Shown one piece after another: positions 8,063 through 17,464 of a stretch of 64,000 nucleotides of DNA; positions within the stretch are counted from its first letter, which is position 1; each line of letters begins with the position of its first letter. Under the pieces are notes generated by a model, which did not search any database, was not told where the DNA came from, and saw only the letters and a list, made by a program, of their open reading frames with translations. The DNA comes from a virus (taxonomy: Duplodnaviria; Caudoviricetes). The position numbers were made by a program, and so were the translations under genes. The stretch lies in IMG/VR virus record IMGVR_UViG_3300021964_009400; one strand, written 5' to 3'.

Positions 8063-10771
8063 ATGAGAAATTTAATGTTAAGTCTGTTATTAGTTCTTGG
8101 AACAATGACAGCAACTTTTGCACAAATTAGTGGAAAAGTTTATGATGTAGAAACTAATGCTCCACTACCAGGTGCAACAATATTACATGAGGGAACATCT
8201 CATGGAACTGTGACTGGTTTTGATGGAACATTTATTTTCGATGTATCTCCAGGAACAACCCTTGTTGTTTCTTATTTAGGGTACGAAACTGCAGTAATTG
8301 AATCAAGTTCAGAAACAATCATTGGATTAGTTCCTGATTTAAATGTACTTGGTGAAGTTGTTGTAAGCTCTGGTGTAATTGATGTTGCAAAGGTGAGAGA
8401 AACACCAGTTGCAGTTTCAACTATTTCACCAGCAGAAATCGCACTCAAAGTAGGTAACCAAGAGTTTCCAGAGATTATGAATAGAACACCAGGTGTCTAT
8501 GCTACCAAACAAGGTGGTGGATATGGTGATTCGAGAATCTCTTTAAGAGGATTTGACCAAAGAAACACATCTTTCCTTATCAATGGGCAACCAGTTAACG
8601 ATATGGAAAATGGATGGGTTTATTGGTCTAACTGGCAAGGTTTAACAGATGTTGCAAGTGGTATCCAATTACAAAGAGGTTTAGGTGCTTCAAGATTAGC
8701 AGTACCATCAGTAGGTGGAACTGTATCAATCTTTACAAAAGCCGCTGAGGCAAGAGCTGGTAGTTCAGTTGCTCAATCATTTGGTAATGATGGGTATTTT
8801 AAAACTACTGTATCTCACTCAACTGGTTTAAATGATAATGGATGGGCTTCATCTTTCTTACTTTCAAGATGGGAAGGTGATGGATATATCTATAATACAA
8901 GTGGTGAGGGTTACACTTACTTCTTTGCATTAGGATATGCACCTGAAGATTCAGACCACTCAGTTAACTTTTCTTTCTTAGGTGCTGGTCAATGGCACCA
9001 CCAAAGAGATGTTTGGGTTTCTATTAGAGATTACCAAAACTTTGGTACTGAAGGAATTGATAGAAGATGGAACACTAATGGTGGTGTTTACCAAGGAGAA
9101 GAATATTCTTTAAGAAGAAACTTCTACAATAAACCATTAGCAACTCTTAACTGGGATTGGGATATTTCTGATAACCTTAAACTTGCAACATCATTATATG
9201 GTTCAGCAGGTAGAGGTGGAGGAACAGGTCCAAGAGGTAGAAACTACTACAACTCGGAAACTGATATCTTACCTTTCAGAAAAGACCTTACAGAACACTA
9301 CCTAGAAAATGGTAGAGGTTCAAGAACACCAGACGGATTTATTGATTTTGATGCAATTGTTGCTTATAACCAAGCTAGTACAGATGGTTATAGTGGTGAT
9401 TTACCATTCGGAGGTCAGTTAATTGCATCTAATGGATTTAAAAACGATGGTGTAAATAGAGCTGGTCTTATTAGAAGAGCATCTATGAACTCTCATGACT
9501 GGGTTGGAGCAATCTCTAATTTAGAATATGAAAGTGGAAATTGGAAAACTTCAATTGGTATCGATTTAAGAAATTATAAAGGATATCATTATAGAGTATT
9601 AAATGATTTATTAGGATTTGATGGTTATTACTCAACTGGTAATAAGAACTCAGCTGGACAAATCATCAATACTTTAGTTGAAGCATCTCCATTCAAAGAT
9701 ACAGGAATTAAAGGACCAAAAATCGATTACTATAATATTGGTAAAGTAGGTTGGCAAGGTGTAAATGGTTTAGTTGAATATAACAACTCCACTATTTCTG
9801 CAGTATTACAAGCAGGTTTATCTAATAAATCATTCCAGAGAATCGATTACTTCGACCAACCAGGTAACCCTGAATCAGATACAGAAAATGTAGGTGGTGG
9901 ATATGTAAAAGGTGGTGCAAACTATAATATTGATGATAGACAAAATGTATTCTTCAATGCTGGTTTCATCTCAAGACAACCAAACTTTGATGCAGTATTC
10001 CCTAACTATGCAAACAATGTTAATCCTGATTTACAAAATGAAGAAATTAAATCAATTGAAATCGGATATGGATTCATTGGTAATAACTTCAAAGCAAATG
10101 TAAACGCATACTCAACAGTATGGGGTAATAGATTTGTTTCAAGAAGTTTATCTAACCAACAAGGTGTAGATGGGTTTGCACAATTTAAAGATATCGATGT
10201 TGTACACAATGGTATCGAAGTTGAAGCAACTTATGACCCAACTTCTAACTTAAGATTAAAAGGTATGTTATCAATCGGTGATTGGAGATATACTAAAGAT
10301 TTTGATGCAGAGTTATTTGATGATAACCAACAATCAATCGGTACAGGTACACTTTACCTTAAAGATGCAAAAGTTGGTGATGCAGCTCAATTCGTTTCTT
10401 ACTTAGAAGCTGATTATAAATTAGGTAGTAAGTTAAATGTAGATTTAGGATATAGATTTGTAGATAATCTTTTCGCAGATTACTCAATTACTGATTCAGA
10501 ATTTACAAAACCTAATAATGCAGGTGCATTGAAGTTACCATCTTATGGATTAGTTGATTTAGGTTCAACACTTAGATTTAACTTATTCGGAAATGATACT
10601 TCATTCAGAGTAAATATCAATAACTTATTTGATACTTACTACATTGCTGAATCTAATTCTAACATCCATGCTTCTGCAGGTTCAGAAACTTGGAATGGAA
10701 TTGATACGAGAAACTCAGTATGGTTCGGATTCGGACGTACATTTAATGCTTCTCTTAAATACAGATTCTAA
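8063..10771 (+). CDS. TonB-dependent outer-membrane receptor (Bacteroidetes type)
   Basis: Signal peptide; CarboxypepD_reg-like domain (ISGKVYD...PLPGATI...GTVTGFDGTF); plug (ISLRGFDQRNTSFLINGQPVND); barrel ending NINNLFD...GRTFNASLKYRF with terminal Phe. Confidence 0.93.
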   Translation: MRNLMLSLLLVLGTMTATFAQISGKVYDVETNAPLPGATILHEGTSHGTVTGFDGTFIFDVSPGTTLVVSYLGYETAVIESSSETIIGLVPDLNVLGEVVVSSGVIDVAKVRETPVAVSTISPAEIALKVGNQEFPEIMNRTPGVYATKQGGGYGDSRISLRGFDQRNTSFLINGQPVNDMENGWVYWSNWQGLTDVASGIQLQRGLGASRLAVPSVGGTVSIFTKAAEARAGSSVAQSFGNDGYFKTTVSHSTGLNDNGWASSFLLSRWEGDGYIYNTSGEGYTYFFALGYAPEDSDHSVNFSFLGAGQWHHQRDVWVSIRDYQNFGTEGIDRRWNTNGGVYQGEEYSLRRNFYNKPLATLNWDWDISDNLKLATSLYGSAGRGGGTGPRGRNYYNSETDILPFRKDLTEHYLENGRGSRTPDGFIDFDAIVAYNQASTDGYSGDLPFGGQLIASNGFKNDGVNRAGLIRRASMNSHDWVGAISNLEYESGNWKTSIGIDLRNYKGYHYRVLNDLLGFDGYYSTGNKNSAGQIINTLVEASPFKDTGIKGPKIDYYNIGKVGWQGVNGLVEYNNSTISAVLQAGLSNKSFQRIDYFDQPGNPESDTENVGGGYVKGGANYNIDDRQNVFFNAGFISRQPNFDAVFPNYANNVNPDLQNEEIKSIEIGYGFIGNNFKANVNAYSTVWGNRFVSRSLSNQQGVDGFAQFKDIDVVHNGIEVEATYDPTSNLRLKGMLSIGDWRYTKDFDAELFDDNQQSIGTGTLYLKDAKVGDAAQFVSYLEADYKLGSKLNVDLGYRFVDNLFADYSITDSEFTKPNNAGALKLPSYGLVDLGSTLRFNLFGNDTSFRVNINNLFDTYYIAESNSNIHASAGSETWNGIDTRNSVWFGFGRTFNASLKYRF

Positions 10772-10784
10772 AATAAACTAAAGA

Positions 10785-10822
10785 AATAATGGGGGAGGAA
10801 ACTCCCCCACTATTCTTTTTCA
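10785..10822 (+). terminator. Rho-independent terminator
   Basis: TGGGGGAG-GAAA-CTCCCCCA stem-loop followed by a T tract, directly after the TonB receptor stop. Confidence 0.85.
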
Positions 10823-10823
10823 T

Positions 10824-11555
10824 ATGAAAAATATAAATGGTTTAATAACAATAGTGATTCCTTGTTATAACGAGGAAAGATACATTTATAATACTCTATG
10901 GAAAATTTCAAGACAAAAATTTGAAGGTATTATACGAGTTATAATAGCCGATGCTAATTCAACTGATAATACCATTCAACACATTTCAAAGGCATCTCAA
11001 GATTTCAAAAACTTAAAAATTGAAATTATTGAAGGTGGAAAAGTAGGATATGCAAGAAATAATGGAGCATCTCATGTAACAACATCCCATATTCTTTTTA
11101 TGGATGCAGATTCAACACTACATGGAGAAAATATTTTTATAGAGACTCAAAAATATCTAAATGATTATGATATTATATCAGCAAAACAAAAATCAGTTGC
11201 TATAAATGATTTCAAATCAGTTTGGACTTATAAAATATTAGATTGGATTAGAAAAATAATGCCAATCACCTTTTGTACAGGTTGTTTCTTTTTAATATCA
11301 AAAAAGAAATTTAATGAACTTGGTGGATTTGATGAAACCTTACAAAACTCAGAAGATTTTTGGTTATCAAAACAGATACCAAAAAGAAAATTTAAAATAC
11401 TCGATGAGTACATAGGACAAGATAATAGAAGATTTAAAAAGTTTGGTTATTGGAATTTTATAAAAATAAACTTACTAAATTATTTAAATTTTTGGAATAT
11501 AAAATGGTTTAAAAAAGATATAGGATATTGGAAAGAGTATGAGCAAGTTAATTAA
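10824..11555 (+). CDS. Glycosyltransferase family 2
   Basis: ITIVIPCYNEE, IIADANSTDNT, ARNNGA, FMDAD, GGFDE...SED. Confidence 0.9.
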   Translation: MKNINGLITIVIPCYNEERYIYNTLWKISRQKFEGIIRVIIADANSTDNTIQHISKASQDFKNLKIEIIEGGKVGYARNNGASHVTTSHILFMDADSTLHGENIFIETQKYLNDYDIISAKQKSVAINDFKSVWTYKILDWIRKIMPITFCTGCFFLISKKKFNELGGFDETLQNSEDFWLSKQIPKRKFKILDEYIGQDNRRFKKFGYWNFIKINLLNYLNFWNIKWFKKDIGYWKEYEQVN

Positions 11556-12084
11556 TTTATTCGGTGGAGCAGGTATAGGTAAATCTTCAATAGCAAATGG
11601 GATTACTTATAAACTAAAAAAGAAACACATTAGTTGTAACAATCCATACGAATTTCCTAAAAGATTAGCTTGGGATAATAACATACCAGCAATATCAGAC
11701 CAACTTTATGTATTTGCAAACCAACATAGAGGAATAGCAGAATGTTATGGTAAAGTAGATTATATAGTAATTGATTCACCAATTTTATTTTCTACCATAT
11801 ATCACAGATATTATACACAAGGTTATCCTGCAAACTTTTACAGAGAATCTTTTCACAATTTAGTGATAGATTTACATAATCAATATGATAGTATTAACAT
11901 ACTTTTAGAACGAGGAGAAACAGTACATAATGATAAAGAAAGATTTCAAAACTATGAAGAAGCAGTTGCAATCGATTCATTGTGTAAACAAGTACTAGAA
12001 GAAAATAATGTTCCCTACCATACAATAAAGGTAGGTCCAAAATCAGTAAAAAAAATTATTAAATTATTAGGAAAATCCAAATAA
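11539..12084 (+). CDS. P-loop kinase (NadR/AAA_28-like)
   Basis: GGAGIGKS Walker A; VIDSP Walker B-like. Confidence 0.7.
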   Translation: MSKLINLFGGAGIGKSSIANGITYKLKKKHISCNNPYEFPKRLAWDNNIPAISDQLYVFANQHRGIAECYGKVDYIVIDSPILFSTIYHRYYTQGYPANFYRESFHNLVIDLHNQYDSINILLERGETVHNDKERFQNYEEAVAIDSLCKQVLEENNVPYHTIKVGPKSVKKIIKLLGKSK

Positions 12085-12098
12085 TTTTCGTATATTTA
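12067..12098 (+). promoter_or_regulatory. Bacteroidetes-type promoter variant
   Basis: TTAG-N20-TATATTTA upstream of 12122 and the clamp loader. Confidence 0.6.
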
Positions 12099-12121
12099 CA
12101 TAACAATAAAAAAATTAAATT

Positions 12122-12343
12122 ATGAACTTAACACAAATTGCACAAAAGTTTAGAGTATCTGAAAATTTTCTAAACTCAAAAGAAGATGGATTGTTAATTG
12201 TACAATCATCATTAGAAGATATCATCGTTGAATTAAACCAAAATGAAAAACGAGGTATCGATGAAAATAAAAAACAAAGTATTATTACTAAATTAGAGAA
12301 ATTATCAGATTTCTGTAAAGAAGTAAAAAACTCATCGTTCTAA
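12122..12343 (+). CDS. Hypothetical protein
   Basis: 73-aa ORF after a promoter, abutting the next gene. Confidence 0.6.
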   Translation: MNLTQIAQKFRVSENFLNSKEDGLLIVQSSLEDIIVELNQNEKRGIDENKKQSIITKLEKLSDFCKEVKNSSF

Positions 12344-12344
12344 T

Positions 12345-13289
12345 ATGGCATTTTTTGAAGATACAACAAATGAAGAGGTAAACAACTCTCTATGGGTAGA
12401 GAAATATAGACCTCGTAAATTAACAGAATATGTAGGTAATGAACACCTTAAACAAAAGGTTGCAGATTATCTTCAGAGTGGTGATGTCCCTCACCTTTTA
12501 TTTTTTGGTAAAGCTGGAACAGGTAAAACAACTTTAGCAAAGTTAATTGTTAATTCAATTAATTGTGACCATATTATAATAAACGCATCTGATGAAAACA
12601 ATGTAGATACAGTTAGAAACAAAGTAAAAGGTTTTGCATCAACTGTTGGTTTTAAAGATATGAAAGTAGTAATACTTGATGAGTTTGATTATATGACTCC
12701 AAATGCACAAGCAATTCTTAGAAATCTAATGGAAACTTTCTCAAAACATTGTAGGTTCATTCTAACTTGTAATTATGTTGAAAAAGTTATTTCACCTATT
12801 AGAAGTAGAACACAAGAGTTTCAGATTGTACCACCATCTAAAAAAGAAGTTGCGGTACAAATATCACAAATCTTAGGTAAAGAAGGTGTAAGTTTTCAAC
12901 CAACAGACCTTGTACCTATCATTGATAGTTCATATCCTGATATTAGAAAGATTATTAACACTTGTCAACTAAATTCTACCAAAGGACAATTAAAACTCGA
13001 TACAACCTCTGTAATCGATTCAGATATTAAATCAAAGGTGGTTGAGATTTTAAAATCAAATGATGATAAGAAAAATAAATGGAAGAATATTAGACAAGCA
13101 GTTGCAGATGCAAAAATACAAGATTTTACTGAATTGTATTCTTTTCTTTATGAAAAGGTAGATGAGTATGGAAGTGGGAATACATCTAATATTATTCTTA
13201 TAATTTCAGAATCACAACATAAGGATGCATTGGTAGTGGATAAAGAAATAACATTTATGAGTTGTATAATACAAATAGTTGCACTATGA
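12345..13289 (+). CDS. Clamp loader ATPase (RFC small subunit / T4 gp44-like)
   Basis: LWVEKYRP, GKAGTGKTT, INASDE, ILDEFD, FILTCNY, IRSR. Confidence 0.92.
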   Translation: MAFFEDTTNEEVNNSLWVEKYRPRKLTEYVGNEHLKQKVADYLQSGDVPHLLFFGKAGTGKTTLAKLIVNSINCDHIIINASDENNVDTVRNKVKGFASTVGFKDMKVVILDEFDYMTPNAQAILRNLMETFSKHCRFILTCNYVEKVISPIRSRTQEFQIVPPSKKEVAVQISQILGKEGVSFQPTDLVPIIDSSYPDIRKIINTCQLNSTKGQLKLDTTSVIDSDIKSKVVEILKSNDDKKNKWKNIRQAVADAKIQDFTELYSFLYEKVDEYGSGNTSNIILIISESQHKDALVVDKEITFMSCIIQIVAL

Positions 13290-13606
13290 CAAATAAAGAA
13301 ATAAACAAATTAATGGAGATTCAATATCTCAAAGGTAGATTAGATGAATTATATAAAGGATTTGTTCCTCACATTTCAACTACAAATAATAGAATAGTAG
13401 ATTATCGTATATCAAAATATGAAAATAAACTTAAAAATATAGATGAAACTGCATTTTATCTTTATCAAGTTGAAAGAGAAAATATTAGAGTTTCAAAGAA
13501 AAAATCAAAAGAAAAAATTAAAGATTTACTAACAGAGATTTTGCCATCAATCTATGATAATAAACTCAAAGAAAAGGTTGAGAAACAACTAAACACTTAT
13601 ACATAA
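13286..13606 (+). CDS. Hypothetical protein
   Basis: Likely start is the ATG at 13286, an ATGA overlap with the upstream stop; the track start at 13262 is probably too long. Confidence 0.55.
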   Translation: MTNKEINKLMEIQYLKGRLDELYKGFVPHISTTNNRIVDYRISKYENKLKNIDETAFYLYQVERENIRVSKKKSKEKIKDLLTEILPSIYDNKLKEKVEKQLNTYT

Positions 13607-13607
13607 A

Positions 13608-13916
13608 ATGATAAAATTAGAAACAGATTCACTTGATGTATTATTAAAAACACAACCTAAACTAATGGTAATGTTTGGTACTGATTGGTGTGGGAATTGT
13701 GATATTCTTAAACCAGAGTTTGAAAGAGTTTCAAAAGAACATAAAAATATTCCTTTTATACTTATAAATCCAGATTCATCACCTAAAAGTAGAAGTTTAA
13801 TTGATTTAACTAATATACCAATGGTGGTTGCATTTAAGAGTGGAAAAGAAGTTCATAAAGAATTTGGAAACGAAAAAGAAATAGTAACAAAAGTTTTTGA
13901 TAGATTATTAGGATAA
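13608..13916 (+). CDS. Thioredoxin
   Basis: WCGNC active site, thioredoxin size, NIPM cis-Pro loop. Confidence 0.85.
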   Translation: MIKLETDSLDVLLKTQPKLMVMFGTDWCGNCDILKPEFERVSKEHKNIPFILINPDSSPKSRSLIDLTNIPMVVAFKSGKEVHKEFGNEKEIVTKVFDRLLG

Positions 13917-13939
13917 TTCAAATATTTTTCGTATATTTG
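13908..13939 (+). promoter_or_regulatory. Bacteroidetes-type promoter
   Basis: TTAG-N20-TATATTTG. Confidence 0.65.
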
Positions 13940-13959
13940 TAAAATAAAACTTAAAAGAT

Positions 13960-14178
13960 ATGAAATACGACCCTAAAAACCCACTTTCTGATAAAGAGCT
14001 CGATAAACTAGGTAAAGAAGATTTTGATGGATTTCTTGAATATCTAGATGGTATGAATGAACACAAGAAAAGAAAAGGAAATAAAAGAGTAAAAGAATTT
14101 AAAGAAAAGAAACGAGAAGTACTCAGAAAGACTGGTATTACAAAAATAAAAACGAATCGTGACCAATGGTTCGATTAA
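13960..14178 (+). CDS. Hypothetical protein
   Basis: 72-aa charged ORF after a promoter. Confidence 0.55.
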   Translation: MKYDPKNPLSDKELDKLGKEDFDGFLEYLDGMNEHKKRKGNKRVKEFKEKKREVLRKTGITKIKTNRDQWFD

Positions 14179-14189
14179 ACAAATAAATT

Positions 14190-14459
14190 ATGGCACAAAT
14201 AATAGGAGGTGGACAACAACCTCAACAACCAAAATTAGATTTAAAACAAGCCAAAGAAATGGTTTGCACAAGTAACGAATGTGATGGTACTGTATTTATA
14301 CAAGGTACAAAATTCTTAAAGGTATCTAGATTAGCAACAGGTAACTCTAAAGACGCAATTATACCAGTAGAATTATATCTATGTGGAGATTGTGGTGAAA
14401 TTAATGCAGATTTATTACCAGATGAACTAAAACCAATTATAACAAATTTGGATGGCTAA
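14190..14459 (+). CDS. Small putative Zn-binding protein
   Basis: CTSNEC and CGDC cysteine pairs. Confidence 0.6.
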   Translation: MAQIIGGGQQPQQPKLDLKQAKEMVCTSNECDGTVFIQGTKFLKVSRLATGNSKDAIIPVELYLCGDCGEINADLLPDELKPIITNLDG

Positions 14460-14901
14460 AACATTATTTGACCATATAAAAGCAATTACCCAATTTCAAG
14501 ACCCAAACTATTGGGATAAACTTGAAGAGGCAGATAAAAAAACTTGGAGTAACTATATGATACACCGGTTTTTATCTATGAATTCAGATTGGATTGAAAC
14601 AATTTCTGAAATTCAACCATTTACGCAAACACTAGAACCTAAACAATTATATCAACTTTTAATTGGATTACTTCCAAAAGGAAGGCACTACTTAAGATAT
14701 ACAAAAGGAAAAAAAGAAACTAAATACGAAAGTTTTTTAGTAGAATTAATTCAACAAGATTTCCAATGTTCTTCTTCAGAGGCACTTGACTATTGTGAGA
14801 TTCTTTATGCAACACGAGAAGGAAGAGAAAATATTAAATATTTATGTGAGAAATATGGTGTTGATAAAAAAGAAATCACAAAGTTAAAATTAAAGGTATG
14901 A
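14452..14901 (+). CDS. Clamp loader small subunit (T4 gp62-like)
   Basis: LFDHIKAIT, YMIHRFLSM, LLPKGRHYLRY; size and context near the gp44-like gene. Confidence 0.65.
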   Translation: MAKTLFDHIKAITQFQDPNYWDKLEEADKKTWSNYMIHRFLSMNSDWIETISEIQPFTQTLEPKQLYQLLIGLLPKGRHYLRYTKGKKETKYESFLVELIQQDFQCSSSEALDYCEILYATREGRENIKYLCEKYGVDKKEITKLKLKV

Positions 14902-16139
14902 GTTCTACTTATTGTAAATTACCCTTTTTACATCTTTACACTCAAGCAGATGGTGAATTAAAACCTTGTTGTATAGCAGGAGGATTTGATGAACCTATCA
15001 ATCTCAAAAAAATGAGTATTAAAGATGCTTTTAACTCACCTCAAATGAAAGAGTTGAGAAAAGATATGTTAGAGGGTAAAAGAAATAAGGTTTGTGATGT
15101 TTGTTATCAAAGAGAAGATAGTACAGGTCATTCCCCAAGAATTGATTTTAATAAAAACCCATTATGGATTCAACCAAAAGTTGAAGATGATTTTTCAGTC
15201 CCATCAGATTTTCAACACATTGATATAAGATTTTCAAATTTATGTAATTTTAAATGCAGAATGTGTAATCATGATTTTTCATCTAACTGGTATGATGATT
15301 TCAAAAAGTTAAAACCAAATGATGGTATTGAAAAAAAATCAAGAGTAATGAAAGTTACTGAAACTATTGTTGAAGATTTAATACCTCATTTAAATAAAAT
15401 TAAAAGTTTTTACTTTGCTGGTGGAGAGCCATTAATAATGCCAGAACATTATAAGATTTTAAGATATCTATATGATACAATGAAACCCTATCAGATGTTA
15501 ATTAATGGGGAACAAAAAAAAGTAAGAAATTTATCAATACATTACAATACTAATTTATCAGTTATAAAATATGATGAACAAAGTTTAATTGATTTATGGA
15601 AAGGATTTAGTAGAGTTTATTTATCTATATCTTGTGATGGTGTTGGAAAGGTAGGAGAATATCAAAGAACTGGTTTTAACACTAAAAGATTTGAAGATAA
15701 TTTAAAAATTATAAAAAAATATGCAGAACCAAAAGCTGTTTATGAAGGTGGTGTTGGTTTAATGTATGGATTTCAATACACAACTACTATAATGAATGTA
15801 TATCATATATTTGATTTTATAGATTATATGTTAGAAAAAAACCACATAACTTCACCAGAACAAATTGATTTCTATTATGCGTGGTCTCCACTTGAATTTT
15901 CACTATCTCAAATTTCTGATAAAGAAAAAGAAAAAATAACAACTTTTATAAATAAAAAGAAAGAAAATTATACTGAAAAAACTCAAAATGAACTAAATGG
16001 AATTATAGAGTTTATGAGTTCAAATATGATAATAAATGATAAAGAGATGAGTAAGTTGATGAGATATGATTATATAAAAGGAATTGAAGAATTACATGGT
16101 GGAGATTTTAAAGATATTTCACCAGTAAAAATAAGTTGA
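14898..16139 (+). CDS. Radical SAM protein with N-terminal SPASM/twitch domain
   Basis: CKLPFLHL...DGELKPCC, CDVC, CNFKCRMC, AGGEP. Confidence 0.85.
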   Translation: MSSTYCKLPFLHLYTQADGELKPCCIAGGFDEPINLKKMSIKDAFNSPQMKELRKDMLEGKRNKVCDVCYQREDSTGHSPRIDFNKNPLWIQPKVEDDFSVPSDFQHIDIRFSNLCNFKCRMCNHDFSSNWYDDFKKLKPNDGIEKKSRVMKVTETIVEDLIPHLNKIKSFYFAGGEPLIMPEHYKILRYLYDTMKPYQMLINGEQKKVRNLSIHYNTNLSVIKYDEQSLIDLWKGFSRVYLSISCDGVGKVGEYQRTGFNTKRFEDNLKIIKKYAEPKAVYEGGVGLMYGFQYTTTIMNVYHIFDFIDYMLEKNHITSPEQIDFYYAWSPLEFSLSQISDKEKEKITTFINKKKENYTEKTQNELNGIIEFMSSNMIINDKEMSKLMRYDYIKGIEELHGGDFKDISPVKIS

Positions 16140-16145
16140 TAAATA

Positions 16146-16177
16146 TTTGGATTTCTCATTTATTTTTCGTATATTTA
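16146..16177 (+). promoter_or_regulatory. Bacteroidetes-type promoter
   Basis: TTTG-N20-TATATTTA. Confidence 0.65.
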
Positions 16178-16196
16178 CATAGTAAATAAAAGTATT

Positions 16197-17057
16197 ATGG
16201 CAAGAGTAAGTTATTCTCAATATGGTATGTATTCAACCTGTCAAGAACAATATAAGTTAAATTATATTGATAAGTTAGGAACATCCTCAGCAAACATCCA
16301 CACAATTTTTGGTTCAGCAATGCACGAAACAATACAACACTTCTTAGATGTGATGTACAATGTTTCTAAGAAACAGGCACTTACTCTCAATTTAGAGGGA
16401 ATGTTATATAATCAATTAGTAGAACATTTTACTAAAGAAAAAGATAAATTAGAAGAAGGTAAGTTTCCTTGTACTAACGAAGAATTAAATGAATTTTTTG
16501 ATGATGGTAAAAAAATATTATCATATTTTATCAAAAAATTAGATAAGTTATATACTAAAAGTGGATATGAACTCGTAGCAATAGAACAGAGATTGAACGC
16601 TGAAATTAAACCAGGTGTTCATTTCATCGGTTTTATCGATGTACTTCTAAAAGATAAAACTACTCAAGAATATATTATCATTGACCTTAAAACATCAACA
16701 AGAGGTTGGAGTAAGTATCAAAAGAATGATAAAGTAAAAACTTCTCAAATGTTATTGTACAAAAAATTCTATTCAGATAAATACGATATACCTTTGAATA
16801 AAATTAAAGTAGAATATCAAATATTGAAAAGAAAGATAAGTGAAGATTTTGAATATCCAATTCCAAGAATATCAAAGTTTGTTCCAGCTAATGGTAAACC
16901 TTCAATGAATATGGCTTGGAAAGGATTTATTAATTTTGTTGATTCTGTGTTTGGTGAGGATGGTGTTGTTATACAAAAATCATTTCCTTATAATAAAGGA
17001 AATCATTGTAAGTGGTGTGAATTTAAAGAAAGAGGTTTATGTTCTGCATGGAATTAA
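16197..17057 (+). CDS. PD-(D/E)XK nuclease (RecB/Cas4-like)
   Basis: SYSQ...C, FGSAMHETI, GFIDVL, IIDLKT, QMLLY, CKWCEFKERGLC. Confidence 0.85.
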   Translation: MARVSYSQYGMYSTCQEQYKLNYIDKLGTSSANIHTIFGSAMHETIQHFLDVMYNVSKKQALTLNLEGMLYNQLVEHFTKEKDKLEEGKFPCTNEELNEFFDDGKKILSYFIKKLDKLYTKSGYELVAIEQRLNAEIKPGVHFIGFIDVLLKDKTTQEYIIIDLKTSTRGWSKYQKNDKVKTSQMLLYKKFYSDKYDIPLNKIKVEYQILKRKISEDFEYPIPRISKFVPANGKPSMNMAWKGFINFVDSVFGEDGVVIQKSFPYNKGNHCKWCEFKERGLCSAWN

Positions 17058-17087
17058 TATTTTTTGTAGTTTTTATAAATTTATATA

Positions 17088-17095
17088 TATTTATA
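17088..17095 (+). promoter_or_regulatory. Putative late promoter motif TATTTATA
   Basis: Intergenic; heads the glycosyltransferase cluster. Confidence 0.45.
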
Positions 17096-17118
17096 TAAAA
17101 TAACAAACAACAAAAGTT

Positions 17119-17313
17119 ATGGTAGATACAAAACTAACAACCGTAAAGATAATTAAAGATATTTATGCTAAATTTAAAAGATTATCTTTCGATTCAAACA
17201 TCACACTTCAAAAATTAGTCAACAGGTCAGTTGATAAATATAATGAAGATGATGCATTTAGAACTGAAATAAACAGTTATGCAAATTTAGAAACGAGTGG
17301 CTCGCAATTTTAA
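17119..17313 (+). CDS. Small hypothetical protein (possible ribbon-helix-helix)
   Basis: LTTVKI strand then helices (TLQKLVNRSVDKY). Confidence 0.5.
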   Translation: MVDTKLTTVKIIKDIYAKFKRLSFDSNITLQKLVNRSVDKYNEDDAFRTEINSYANLETSGSQF

Positions 17314-17316
17314 AAA

Positions 17317-17454
17317 ATGAAACAACAAGATAACGGTAATCCACAACTTAACCAAACTCGTAATGAATTCAACGATAGAGTTGAAACTAAAAAGTATTTA
17401 GGACAAACTATGAGAGTTAAGTTAAACAATTACAGAAGATTTAGAACAATTTAA
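17317..17454 (+). CDS. 45-aa hypothetical protein (not in track)
   Basis: Hand translation MKQQDNGNPQLNQTRNEFNDRVETKKYLGQTMRVKLNNYRRFRTI fills the gap exactly. Confidence 0.5.
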   Translation: MKQQDNGNPQLNQTRNEFNDRVETKKYLGQTMRVKLNNYRRFRTI

Positions 17455-17464
17455 ATAAAGGTTA

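Noticed and set aside
16197-17057. CRISPR-Cas system implied by the Cas4-like nuclease
   Set aside because: No repeat-spacer array or other cas genes were seen; solo Cas4/RecB-like nucleases are common in phages.
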